NCBI RefSeq assembly: GCF_006345805.1
Contig: NC_042999.1
Location: 159,774,001-159,838,000 of the forward strand
DNA length: 64,000 nt
Direction: 5' to 3'
From: Octopus sinensis
Taxonomy: Eukaryota
Positions 1-11,622 of the stretch are shown one piece after another. The notes under the pieces are model-generated. The model ran no database searches. It was not told where the DNA came from and was given only the letters and a program-made list of their open reading frames with translations. The stretch's first letter is position 1; every line of letters begins with the position of its first letter. The translations under genes and the position numbers were made by a program.

Positions 1-295
1 GAGCACTCCACAGACACGTGTACCCTTAACGTAGTTCTCGGGGATATTCAGTGTGACACAGAGAGTGACAAGGCCAGCCCCTTGAAATACAGGTACAACA
101 GAAACAGGAAGTAAGAGTGAGAGAAAGTTGTGGTGAAAGAGTACAGCAAGGATCACCACCATCCCCTGCCGGAGCCTCGTGGAGCTTTAGGTGTTTTCGC
201 TCAATAAACACTCACAACGCCCAGTCTGGGAATCGAAACCGCGATCCTACGACCGCAAGTCCGCTGCCCTAACCACTGGGCCATTGTGCCTCCAC
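1..295 (-). mobile_element. tRNA-derived SINE (window label family C), runs off window start
   Basis: Minus strand starts GTGGAGGCACAATGGCCCAGTGGTTAGGGCAGCGGACTTGCGGTCGTAGGATCGCGGTTTCGATTCCC (A-box and B-box-like); same head recurs at 50619-50689. Confidence 0.8.
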
Positions 296-782
296 TGTGA
301 AGAAAGTATATGGTAGGGATACAGAGGGTTGTGAACAGTGAGATGGGAGGCAGTGGGGGGAGGAGTGAAGAAAAGATAAGCTGGCAGATCATTCACTACA
401 CCACATGACTCATATCCTTAACAATGATCAAAAGTTCGTGCAGCTTTGATTTTATAAATTAATGATGACATAAAGTCAACAAATCTTTCTTTAATTAATG
501 CTCTTTTTAGCAAACATTTTTACTTCAGTTTTCTTTTTTGGACATTTGTATTTAGATCATTATTATCTTCCATAAATAGTAACAATTCTGAAGTTTCTTT
601 CACAGACATTTGTAAATATATTCATATCCAACTTGACATTTGAAATGTGAACAAGTGGCAGCTGATATATTGGCCGATGCTTTGCACAAACTTATTAACA
701 GAAGCAGATTTATTGAATAAGTTAATACAGGTTCTTTTTGCTCTGTTTTGTTTTTTTTACTAAAACTAGTAGGAACATTTAA

Positions 783-1003
783 CCCTCTTAATACCAACCT
801 GTCTGAATTTGTCCCCAATAAAGTGTTCATGTTTAACCCTTCTTTTGTTAATATATTTCTGTTGATATACATTGCTTTTGTTTCAATTAACATTGAAAAT
901 AACAAATAACTCAGTAAAATAATTTTGTTATTACCAAGCCAGTGTTTGCAACATAAATTAACAGGAAGTTTGTGCCAAGGGACAAAGAGTGGTCTCAAAA
1001 GGT
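783..1003. mobile_element. Diverged piggyBac-type MITE relics abutting the 1008 copy
   Basis: TTAA|CCCT starts at 783 and 837; internal sequence resembles the 1008/6216/56777 family in inverse orientation. Confidence 0.45.
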
Positions 1004-1007
1004 TTAA

Positions 1008-1221
1008 CCCTTTTGTTACCAACCCGGCTGAAACTGGCTCTGAGTACAAATGTCTTGTTTTTATAAGTTTTGAATTAAAATCTTCCACCAAACCTTACTC
1101 ACAATTTATGTTCATAACACTAGCTTAATGATAAGTAAGTTATTTTACTAATGTCTTTGTTATATTTAAAGTAATTGAAAGAAACGCAGTGCATCCCAAA
1201 ATAAATACAGTAACGAAAGGG
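1008..1221 (+). mobile_element. piggyBac-type MITE (214 bp)
   Basis: TTAA target duplication at 1004-1007 and 1222-1225; termini CCCTTTTGTTAC...GTAACGAAAGGG; copies at 6046, 6216, 56777. Confidence 0.85.
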
Positions 1222-1756
1222 TTAAATGAAACTTCAGTCAAAATCTAAGCATAACACAAATGATATCAAAAGACTTCAGTTGACCAACACAAGCAAAATA
1301 TAATATAACATACTAACTAAATTCTTCGAAATCTTGTTTATACAGAAAATAACTGAAATAATTCATCCATTTACTCATTAGAAATATAGCCCCCAAAAAG
1401 GTTAAGAGAGATATTTTTAACCACAAACAACATTTCAAAAGAGGGTATTAGGTAATCCAACCAATGCATAATACAATAGGAACATTTTACCGAGTCAAAA
1501 ATGAGAAATAATATTGTTGATGCACTTACTCAAGATTGCTACATATCTTAATGTTTACTTCAGCACAAAATTAAGCTCTTAAGAACCTCACTTGGTATTA
1601 GCAACATAACATAAGACAATAATGACACTGTCAATTTCAACAGCACATGATAAAGTACAGCAACATAACAGAAGTATTTGTACCCAACAACATTGCTGAC
1701 TGTCTCACATTAAGTAGTTTTCTTATTTAAAATTCCACCCATGCCATATATAGGCA

Positions 1757-1995
1757 TCTTTTCTCTTTTACTCTCTTTTACTTGTTTCAGTCATTTGACT
1801 GCGGCCATGCTGGAGCACCGCCTTTTAGTCAAGCAACTCGACCCCGGGACTTATTCTATTGTAAGCCCAGTAATTATTCTATCGGTCTCTTTTGCCGAAC
1901 CGCTAAGTGACGGGGACGTAAACACACCAGCATCGGTTGTCAAGCAATGCTAGGGGGACAAACACAGACACACAAACACATACACACACACACAC

Positions 1996-2041
<46 letters not shown>

Positions 2042-2203
2042 GACAGGCTTCTTTCAGTTTCCGTCTACCAAATCCACTCACAAGGCATTGGTCAGCCCGG
2101 GGCTATAGCAGAAGACACTTGCCCAAGGTGCCACGCAGTGGGACTGAACCCGGAACCATGTGGTCGGTTAGCAAGCTACTTACCACACAGCCACTCCTGT
2201 GCC
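1757..2203 (-). mobile_element. tRNA-derived SINE family A, full length
   Basis: Head GGCACAGGAGTGGCTGTGTGGTAAG...GGTTCAGTCCC, internal TA/TG microsatellite, tail GACTGAAACAAGTAAAAGAG repeats; more than 10 copies in window. Confidence 0.9.
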
Positions 2204-3071
2204 CGTGTGTATATTTATACACACAGACAGACAGATATAGATTACATACAGATGCAGAAATGGCATTGTGGTTCAGAAGTTCACTTCTTAACAGGTTCAA
2301 TCTCACTAGGCCACACTTAGGACAAGTAGGTTCTACAAAAACTCAAAACCTACCAACCAGAATCATGAAAGTGAATTTGGCAGACAAAATGAAAGACCTG
2401 CATTGTGTACATGCACATGTTTATGTAAGTGTTTGCATGCGTGTGTTTTCGTAACTGTGTATGTGTGTGTCTGTGTTTATGTATGCGTCTGATTATATTT
2501 ATGCCCTACAGAAGTCATGTGAGCAGGGTTCTTTCTTACTGCCACTTTTGTAACCAAATTATGCCTTTGATGACACATGAATTAAGAACCTTGCATAAAA
2601 GACGATTAAGGGTTAGAAATCAGAAAGGTATTTAGTGCACATATAGTACCAGTATTGCTAGAAACAAGAGTAAAAAAACAACTCATAGCCACAATAATGC
2701 AACCTTTTTATTTATTGACGAAGGAAGGAAGTTCCCTAAACACTGAGTATAGCCAGATCACAGCTCATCGGCTGCTCTCACAAGCACTTTGGGTTGAATG
2801 CAACTCACACTGCCAGTTTATGAGATGACTCTAGGAATCATACACGGATTTCATAAATGATGAAGGTGTAACTTATAAATAACAAGGTAAGCTCGTTAGC
2901 AATCCTTCAACCGAAAGGCAAATAAATACATACATACACACATACCTATATATGTAAATAGATACATATATGTATGTATATACATAATTATATGTATGTA
3001 TATACATAATTATATGTATGTATATACATATATATATATATATACATACACATATATATATATACACATAC

Positions 3072-3103
<32 letters not shown>

Positions 3104-3130
3104 ATATACATATATATATACATACATATA

Positions 3131-3361
3131 TATTTCTTTACTACCCACAAGGGGCTAAACATAGAAGGGACAAACAAGGACAGACAAAGGGATAAAGTCG
3201 ATTACATCGACCCCAGTGCGAAACTGGTACTTTATTTATTGACCACGAAAGGATGAAAGGCAAAGTCAACCTCGGTGGAATTTGAACTCAGAACGTAATG
3301 ACAGACGAAATGCCGCTAAGCATTTCGCCGGCGTGCTAACATTTCTGCCAGCTCGCCGCCT
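3131..3361 (-). mobile_element. SINE family B
   Basis: Head GGCGGCGAGCTGGCAGAAA..GAGTTCAAATTCC, core GACTTTGCCTTTCATCC, tail GTGGGTAGTAAAGAAATA; copies at 14052, 17049, 19173, 21879, 43000. Confidence 0.85.
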
Positions 3362-3682
3362 ACATATACATACATATACACATATACATATATACATATA
3401 TATACATGTATATACATACATATATATACATACATATGTATATACATATATATATACATACATATGTATATACATACATATTTACATACATACATATATA
3501 TATACATACATTATATACATACATATATACAAATATACATATATACACATACATATATAAATATGCATATATACATACACATATATACATATAAATATAC
3601 ATATATACGTACACATATATACATACATATATATATACATACACACATATATATACATACATATTTATACATACATATATAC
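3362..3682. repeat. Compound (TA)n/(TACA)n microsatellite
   Basis: Direct reading of low-complexity sequence. Confidence 0.95.
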
Positions 3683-4021
3683 AGGAGTGTATTGTAGTTC
3701 ACTTGAGGCATTGTATATTGTTTGTAAAGAATAAAAAGTATTGAATGGTATAATAATGCACTATAACACAGACAGTGGACTATATACCTTTTGTAAGTCA
3801 GTCATCCAACTAAATTACAACAGCTATATAGCCCATTGTTTGTATTATAGTGTATTGTTGTACTACTCAGAACTATTTATTCTTTGCATATATATATATA
3901 TATATATATATAAATTTAAATAATAAAGGTGAAAAATTGAATATTAATTTGATTAATACCAATTTAAAACCAGTGGTCTAGCATATTGAAAAATCTGAAG
4001 ATTCAGAAAAATTATACTACT

Positions 4022-4310
4022 TACATATGAGAGAGATGACCACTAAGTGGACATCCGTTATGCTAGAGGTAGACCCCATATGGTCTGACCACTAAGAAAT
4101 GATTGTTCTCAAGAAAATTCAGCAAGCGCCAGAATGTAACTGAGCAAAACAAATGAAAAGATGCAAAAATATAAAGATTAATCACAAACCTGGTTTCATT
4201 GTTACCATTTACATAATACTCAATTTGCAGAACAATACACGAGACGTCCGCATTGGAGTCTACCTCTAGCATAATGCATGTCCACTTTGTGGTCATCCCT
4301 TTTATATGTA
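4022..4310. mobile_element. MITE-like element with about 57-bp imperfect terminal inverted repeats
   Basis: TACATATGAGAGAGATGACCACTAAGTGGACATCCGTTATGCTAGAGGTAGACCCCA versus reverse complement of 4254-4310. Confidence 0.7.
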
Positions 4311-4444
4311 CGATATATATATATTATATATACACACATATATATACACACATACATACATATACATACATACATACATATACATACATACATACATATA
4401 TATATATACATACATACATACACATATACATACATACATACATA

Positions 4445-4477
<33 letters not shown>

Positions 4478-4510
4478 GTATATATACATACATATATATA
4501 TATACATACA

Positions 4511-4542
<32 letters not shown>

Positions 4543-4544
4543 CA

Positions 4545-4576
<32 letters not shown>

Positions 4577-4816
4577 CATATATATATATATACATACATA
4601 TACATACATATGTATATATACATACATATACATACATACATACATATGTGTATATATATATATATAATATATATATATATATATTATACATACATATACA
4701 TACATACATATGTATGTGTATATATATATATTATAATACATACATATACATACATACATACATATGTATGTGTATATATATATACATACATATACATACA
4801 TACATACATACATATG

Positions 4817-4853
<37 letters not shown>

Positions 4854-4935
4854 CATACATACATATGTATGTGTATATATATAATATATATATATATATA
4901 TAATATATACAATACATACATACATACATACATAC

Positions 4936-4966
<31 letters not shown>

Positions 4967-4975
4967 CATACACAT
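4311..4975. repeat. Compound (TA)n/(TACA)n microsatellite
   Basis: Direct reading; source of the many Y/I/H/T ORFs. Confidence 0.95.
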
Positions 4976-5052
4976 AGTGGTGGAACCATGTGGTTGGTGA
5001 GCAAGCTACTTACCACACAGTCACTCCTGCACCTATGTATATATATTTATAT

Positions 5053-5109
<57 letters not shown>

Positions 5110-6045
5110 TATATATAAATACACACATGTATATATATACACATACACATTTATATATATATGATATATATATATATACACACACCTACACATACATATA
5201 TACATGTATTATCTACATATACACATACACACACGCATACATACATAACAATACATCTTCATCTTATATACTTTTTGTCTCAATATTTTACCATCAAGAA
5301 TTTTTTTTTTTGAGTGATCAAGAACAAGCAGTAGTAATGTGTTGACATACATTAAAATATGTAATTAATGAAAACGAGATCTGGATGTTTCAGCTGCATG
5401 CAAATATTGAAATGTAGCAAACAATAAGATTCTCAGAATTAGAATTATGGGCTGGGGGGAGACGGAGAGAGACTGAAAGAAGACATGTCTTTTTGAAAAT
5501 CAGAAAAAGGATTATCTCAAATGTAATAGTAAGAGGAAAAAAAAAACATAAAATACAGAATGTTGATGGATTAATTTGTGCTAGAAATTGAAGGCTAATT
5601 AAAAATTGCAAGGTCAACCATATATTACATTTTGTACAGGGCAAATAAAACACAAAAACACACATATGTATGTATATATGCCTCAACGGTTGGACCATTG
5701 GTATGCCTGGCAGAGGGGTTCATATGAAAATATGGAAACAAGAAAAAACCTTAATAATAAAGATATTGAAGCAGTTGTGTTTTCAAAAAATGTTTACAAG
5801 AAAGCTGTGACAGAAAGGCAGACCAACTGATAAATATAGACACAAGCAGACACACACTGTGAATCAGAAGTCCCCTTAGCATTTAAGTGATATTAAAGTT
5901 TTGTTTTACTTTGTAACAATTTTGTCTTTTGCTGTTTTGTCCTGAATTTCTTTTTGCTTAAACGTTATCAAAAAACGGGAGAAATATATATGGTTCTCAA
6001 CATGGCACAATATAACTGTAACCCTGTTCAATTGTCTGGTTTGAA

Positions 6046-6487
6046 CCCCTTTTGTTACCAACCCGGCTGAAACCGGCTCTGGCTCTGTTGTACAAATGTC
6101 TTGTTTTCTTAAGGTTTCAATTAAAATCTTCCACCAAACCTTAGTCACAATTTATGTTCCTATTACAAGCTGAATGATAACTAAGTTATTTTACTAAATT
6201 CTTTGTTATATTTAACCCTTTCGTTACTGTATTTATTTTGAGATGCTCTGTGTTTCTTTCAATTATTTTAAATATAACAAAGAATTTAGTAAAATAACTT
6301 AGTTATCATTAAACAAGTGTTAGGAACATAAATTGCGACTAAGGTTTGGTGGTATATTTTAATGCAAAACTTATGAAAACAAGATATTTGTACTACAGAG
6401 CCGGTTTAGGGCCGGGTTGGTAACGAAAGGGTTAAAGTAATTGAAAGAAACACAGAACATCTCAAAATAAATACAGTAACGAAAGGG
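6046..6487 (+). mobile_element. piggyBac-type MITE (outer copy) interrupted by an inverted copy of itself
   Basis: Matches 1008-1221 when 6216-6435 is removed; ends GTAACGAAAGGG|TTAA at 6487. Confidence 0.85.
6216..6431 (-). mobile_element. piggyBac-type MITE (inner copy)
   Basis: TTAA at 6212-6215 and 6432-6435; termini CCCTTTCGTTAC...GTAACGAAAGGG. Confidence 0.85.
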
Positions 6488-6768
6488 TTAATTGTTTGGC
6501 ATAGTGTAAGGAAGCTAGTAAGTAGGACCAGCAAAGCAGTAGACCAGCTAGCTTGGATTTCTTGAGCCATAGCAATCAACAGGGGCTACTCACAGCAGCA
6601 GAGAGTTCAATGAATGCAGTGAAGTGGTATGTGGAAGCCATGCTGGGGGGGAGGTGGGTGTGTGAGAGGGTTAGAGGAAAGGTGTATACTTTCAGAAGCT
6701 CAGGTGACATTTGATCTCCGTTGTTAGCTGGTTTATGCTAATGTTAAAGGAACTTTTGAAACTTGATT

Positions 6769-6799
<31 letters not shown>

Positions 6800-6936
6800 G
6801 GAGATGTACTTGCATAGCAAGTGACTTGATCAGAGATCGTGTGCTGAAACGAAAACAATCGCAGCGTGGAAGGTGTTTGTAAGCCATTTAAGAAACACAC
6901 AAAAGCCGTTCGATTCACTTCAACATTTAAGTTTAA

Positions 6937-6987
6937 TTTGTCAAAATATTTTCGTCGCTTTAAGACCGCGACCTGTTCACTGACTAA
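6937..6987 (-). ncRNA. Candidate minimal type I hammerhead ribozyme, G3:C8 core variant (left arm)
   Basis: Minus strand GTCA-GTGAACA-G-GTCGC-GGTCTTAAA-GCGAC-GAAA-ATATT-T-TGAC: stem I, core, stem II, GAA, palindromic stem III. Confidence 0.55.
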
Positions 6988-6996
6988 AATCCATGC

Positions 6997-7047
6997 TTTG
7001 TCAGTGAACAGGTCGCGGTCTTAAAGCGACGAAAATATTTTGACAAA
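6997..7047 (+). ncRNA. Candidate minimal type I hammerhead ribozyme, G3:C8 core variant (right arm)
   Basis: TTTGTCA(6997-7003)/TGACAAA(7041-7047) stem I; GTGAACA core 7004-7010; GTCGC/GCGAC stem II; GAA 7031-7033; AATATT 7034-7039; predicted cleavage after U7040. Confidence 0.6.
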
Positions 7048-7135
7048 TTAAACTTAAATGTTGAAGTGAATCAAACGGCTTTTGTGTGTTTCTTAAATGG
7101 CTTACAAACACCTTCCACACTGCAATTGTGTGTGT

Positions 7136-7183
<48 letters not shown>

Positions 7184-7930
7184 CAGATATATATATATAC
7201 ACACACACACACACATATATATACAGATATATATATACACACACACACACATATATATACAGATATATATATACACACACACACAATAAAAAGAACACAA
7301 ATATAACATTTGATCATATTTAGATTAATATATGCACACATGTTTGTGTGTGCCTGTGTATGTATGTATATATATATATATATATATGTATGTATATATA
7401 TACACACACACAACCTTACATGTATGTATTACAAAAGTTACAATATTTTTGAACCTAGAGAAAATTTTCTTTCATGGGAAATATCACAGAAATGGAACTA
7501 AGTGCAGAAGTCTATGTTTACCGAAATGACACCACAAGAATATCAGGAATGACAACAATAGCACAAGCAACGACTGACATCTATGAATGAAACAAGTCAA
7601 CAGAGTTACAATAAAACAGACCAAATGAATGAACAACACAATATAGAACTGCAGTGTATGTGTGTACATAATTGTGTTTATGCATGTTTCGGAATGTGTA
7701 CATATATACTACAGAGAGAGAGAAAGAGAGAGAGAGTGAATAAGTGGATGTTTATGTGCATGGAAAATCTACAATGACATGCAACCTTCAGATGAAATGC
7801 AATTCCTCAGTGCTTAATGTTAATTATTATAAATGAATAGAAGAACAGGTAGTAGATGATTCCTATAGCTTACAAAAATATTACTGTCTACCATCAAACT
7901 ATCTTTAATGCTGTTGCAAAGATTTTCTTT

Positions 7931-7970
<40 letters not shown>

Positions 7971-7974
7971 TGAC

Positions 7975-8130
7975 CTCGTGTGTACCGTTGGCGATCTTTT
8001 TTCTTTCTTCTTCCCTTCTCCTATGTTTCCGCCGAAGAGCCCCACTCGAAACGTTAACCCCCTTCTTTCCTTAAAGTCCAATAATACTATATTTGTTCCA
8101 TGTCCTTGCATTGTGTTTCCATTTTGGATT
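7975..8130 (+). mobile_element. TA-embedded short repeat with a decayed hammerhead-like motif
   Basis: GTTT-CCGCCGA-A-GAG-CCCCA-CTC-GAAA-CGTT-AAC at 8025-8058; flanked by (TA)n. Confidence 0.45.
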
Positions 8131-8259
8131 AACTATATATATATATATATATTATATATATATATATATATGTATATATATGTGTATATAATATATATAA
8201 TGTGTATATATATATGTGTATATATATATATATGTGTATATATATTATATATTGTATAT

Positions 8260-8290
<31 letters not shown>

Positions 8291-8323
8291 GTATATATAA
8301 TATATGTATATAATATATAAATG

Positions 8324-8384
<61 letters not shown>

Positions 8385-8389
8385 TGTAT

Positions 8390-8835
8390 TTGTTCGTCTC
8401 CCCGTGGCCATTAGGCACAAACTTCACAAGCCAGCCCCATACTCAACTCGTCCTGTCGAAAGACCCTTGTCCTACGTCCTGGTTTTGTTTTGTTGTTTAT
8501 TTTTTTTATTTTTATTTTTACCGTTATTGTTTTTACGTTTTTGTATTCTTATTGGTGTCACGTATTCTGTATTTTTGTTTATGTACTTCGTTCGTTTTCC
8601 GTCCTCGCGTTGTATACATTCGAAGCTTTCTTCCAGGGGATCTAATGCGCTTGGCTTAGATTTCCTTGGCGGGCTGGCATATCGGAGCAATCTCAAGATT
8701 AATCAGCCGAAATTGCTAAGATGATCTGGTTCTTGACTGATGACTGAGGGCTTCGAATGTCCCGTCCTGTGGTTCTTGTGTCGTCTCTGTGGTGTTTCAT
8801 GTTCTTGTCCATGTCTGTAATTATTTTACTGTTTG
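8390..8835. mobile_element. Unclassified TA-embedded interspersed repeat
   Basis: 8620-8780 is similar to 15955-16110 (TTCTTCCA.GGAATCTAATGC...GGAGCAATCTCAAG); flanked by TA microsatellites. Confidence 0.55.
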
Positions 8836-9051
8836 CCTATGTGTATATATATATATATTATGTTATATATATAATATGTATATATATGTATATATATATA
8901 TAATGTATATATATATATATTATATATTATATATGTGTGTATATATATGTGTAATATATATGTGTAATATATATATATAGTGTATATATATATATATATG
9001 TGTATATATATATATGTATGTATATATATAATATATGTATATATATGTATG

Positions 9052-9104
<53 letters not shown>

Positions 9105-9120
9105 GTATATATTATATGTA

Positions 9121-9152
<32 letters not shown>

Positions 9153-9166
9153 CGTACGTACATGTA

Positions 9167-9294
9167 TGTATATATGCATATATTTATATATTATTTATAT
9201 TATTATATGATCGAACGCCACGCATCCACTTTCAAGTAAGTTTTATCTTAATAATTATGATGCGCACTCTTCTATCTTTACTATCTCTTCCCTG

Positions 9295-9336
<42 letters not shown>

Positions 9337-10008
9337 TTCATCTTTTCAGGTTTTCTCTCCCACCCTTCCCTATTGTTCTCTCTCCTCTTCACCGTTCCCT
9401 CTCTCTCTCCTCCTCCTCAGCTCTCTTGTTGCTGACACGTGACAAAAGAGAATCTATCTTTCTGACCACTACCTTCGTAAAGACAACAACACCTTATATT
9501 GTCTCCTTCAATAAGATCATCCTCCTAGTGTTCATAATAATTTTTCTATCGTCTTGACCTAACAGCCCTCACCGTTTGTTTTTACTGTTTTGTTCTCACT
9601 GTCCTGTTCTCGTTACCACTTTCACCCTCTGCAAAAAAAACCCAAATTTTATTTATTTAATTTGCTGCGGGAAGGACTGTTTCAACAAAGTCACGTATTG
9701 TCCTTACCTTTGAAACGTGGAGTAGATGAAACAGGGACAACTGAAGAAGGGGAATATTCTTTATGTTGTATGTCTCGTTTATCTGTTTGTTTTTTCGTTG
9801 TTCAAAAAATAGTTTGTGTCTATGTTTTTGTTTTTATGTTTTCATTTCTCATTGTGTTCAACGTTTTTTTTTTTATGTCCTATACCCATATATGCATGTA
9901 TATATACATATGTAGGTATGTACATATATGTATATATGCATATATTTATATATTATTTATATTATTATATGATCGAACACCATGCATCCTTTTCCAAATA
10001 AGTTTTAT
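9167..10008. mobile_element. Unclassified repeat with about 75-bp terminal direct repeats
   Basis: ATATATGCATATATTTATATATTATTTATATTATTATATGATCGAAC..TAAGTTTTAT at 9167-9246 and 9928-10008; 3' part shared with 47720-47945 and 52040-52300. Confidence 0.55.
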
Positions 10009-10689
10009 GTATGTATATATATATATATATGGTAGCAAAGTAATTTTTGAAGTTATTTTCACATAACCTGATGTAACTCCTTCTTTTGGTTGATGTTATC
10101 ATCTAGCATTGCTGTAACTTCTGCCTCTTATATATGACAGTTAACCATGCACCCCTGGTCGAGTGGATAGGTCCCTGCGTCTCGACAGTTACAACTGTGA
10201 GTAGATTCTTGGTGGCATTATATATATGGTTAATTTATATTTGACGAATCTCTCTTTCTCACTTGTCAGATAGAATTAAGACTTAATATTTAAACAAGAG
10301 ACAACAGAATGCAATTACAACATAAAAGCAGATGCCAACTGATAAACTTTAATGAAGACAGCATTTCAGAAAGTAAGTTGAAGAATAATTAGATTGAACT
10401 ATATTTTAAGTATAGATTCATGTTTAAAAGTCAGCTAGCTAAATTACTGAAGTAAATTAATTACAGCTGTATATATTATATAGGCAAATAAACATGTTTG
10501 CATGTGTAGATAAACATACAATGATATAAAGAGAAGGTAAAATTGAAAATTTTGACCAGGAAAATTGGCAGAGTGGTCACCATTACTTAGTCTCTGTAGA
10601 CTGAACAAACCAAAAATGCTGCATTGCACAGTGCACCATACACCAATGCATGTCGGGGTACATAAAATGGGGCTGAAGTCATTAGAGGC

Positions 10690-10733
<44 letters not shown>

Positions 10734-10863
10734 CATCTATATATACATATACCTTCATATACATATATATATATATATATTTATAAATGAGGATTATATC
10801 GATATTATCAAGTGGCCAGCATGGGAAAAAATACCGTACAAAGGTAATAATTTTTTAACAATG

Positions 10864-11095
10864 AAAAATGAGGGTGTCTGAGAGACACCACCATGCCGAA
10901 ATAGCAGTCGAAACTCTGACTATGAATCCGTTAAATGTTCATATCGTACCATGAGATAAGACAGAGGGACAAAATAGACAAGCTAAAGTTTGTCCCTCGG
11001 TCTTATCTCATGGTATGATATGAACATTTAATGTAGATTCATAGTCAGAGTTTCGACTGCTATTTCGCATGGTTGTGTCTCTCAGACACCCTCAT

Positions 11096-11099
<4 letters not shown>
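10864..11099. repeat. Fold-back repeat (about 110-bp arms, 15-nt spacer)
   Basis: 10864-10973 is the reverse complement of 10989-11099 with few differences. Confidence 0.85.
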
Positions 11100-11145
<46 letters not shown>

Positions 11146-11167
11146 CTTTATATACATATACTCTATC

Positions 11168-11365
11168 TGTTTCAGTCATTTGAGTGTCGCAATGCTGGAG
11201 CACCACCTTTAGTCAAGCAAATCAACCCCAAACTTATTCTTTGTAAGCCTAGTACCTGTTCTATCGGTCTCTTTTGCCAAACCACTAAGTGACAGGGATG
11301 TAAGCACACATCGGTTATCAAGTGATGTTGGGGGGACAAACACAGACACACATACATACATATAT

Positions 11366-11413
<48 letters not shown>

Positions 11414-11618
11414 GTGTGTGTGTGTATATATATACACACATACACACATATATACGATGGGCTTCTTTTAGTTTCTGTCTACCAAATCCACTCACAAGGC
11501 TTTGGTCGGCCCGAAGCTATAGTAGAAGACACTTGCCCAAGGTGCCATGCTGTTGGACTAAACGCAGAACCATGTGGTTGGTAAGCAAGCTACTTACCAC
11601 ACAGCCACTCCTACGCCT
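11168..11618 (-). mobile_element. SINE family A
   Basis: Head, internal microsatellite and tail as in 1757-2203. Confidence 0.85.
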
Positions 11619-11622
11619 ATAC

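Larger units (their letters stand above)
6800..7129. mobile_element. Microsatellite-embedded fold-back repeat (130-bp arms, 15-nt spacer) carrying hammerhead folds
   Basis: 6855-6984 is the near-perfect reverse complement of 7000-7129; flanked by TA-rich repeats; one-armed copy at 45514-45737. Confidence 0.85.

Noticed and set aside
1400-1560. NNIVDALTQ resembling the Gypsy RNase H C-terminal N.VADALSR motif
   Set aside because: Only a few residues amid stops; not enough to call
1741-2454. Recurring ORFs such as MSSNARGTNTDTQ and MPKVPRSGTEPGTMW
   Set aside because: Chance frames inside SINE family A, repeated at each copy
2873-5345. Long ORFs rich in Y, I, H, T, V, C, M (also 7000-9240, 13850-15500, 22890-23670, 46940-48200)
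   Set aside because: Translations of TA/CA/TACA microsatellites, open in several frames on both strands
8737-8770. CTGATGA followed by GAAT
   Set aside because: No GAAA/U16.1 pairing and no stem I; not a hammerhead fold
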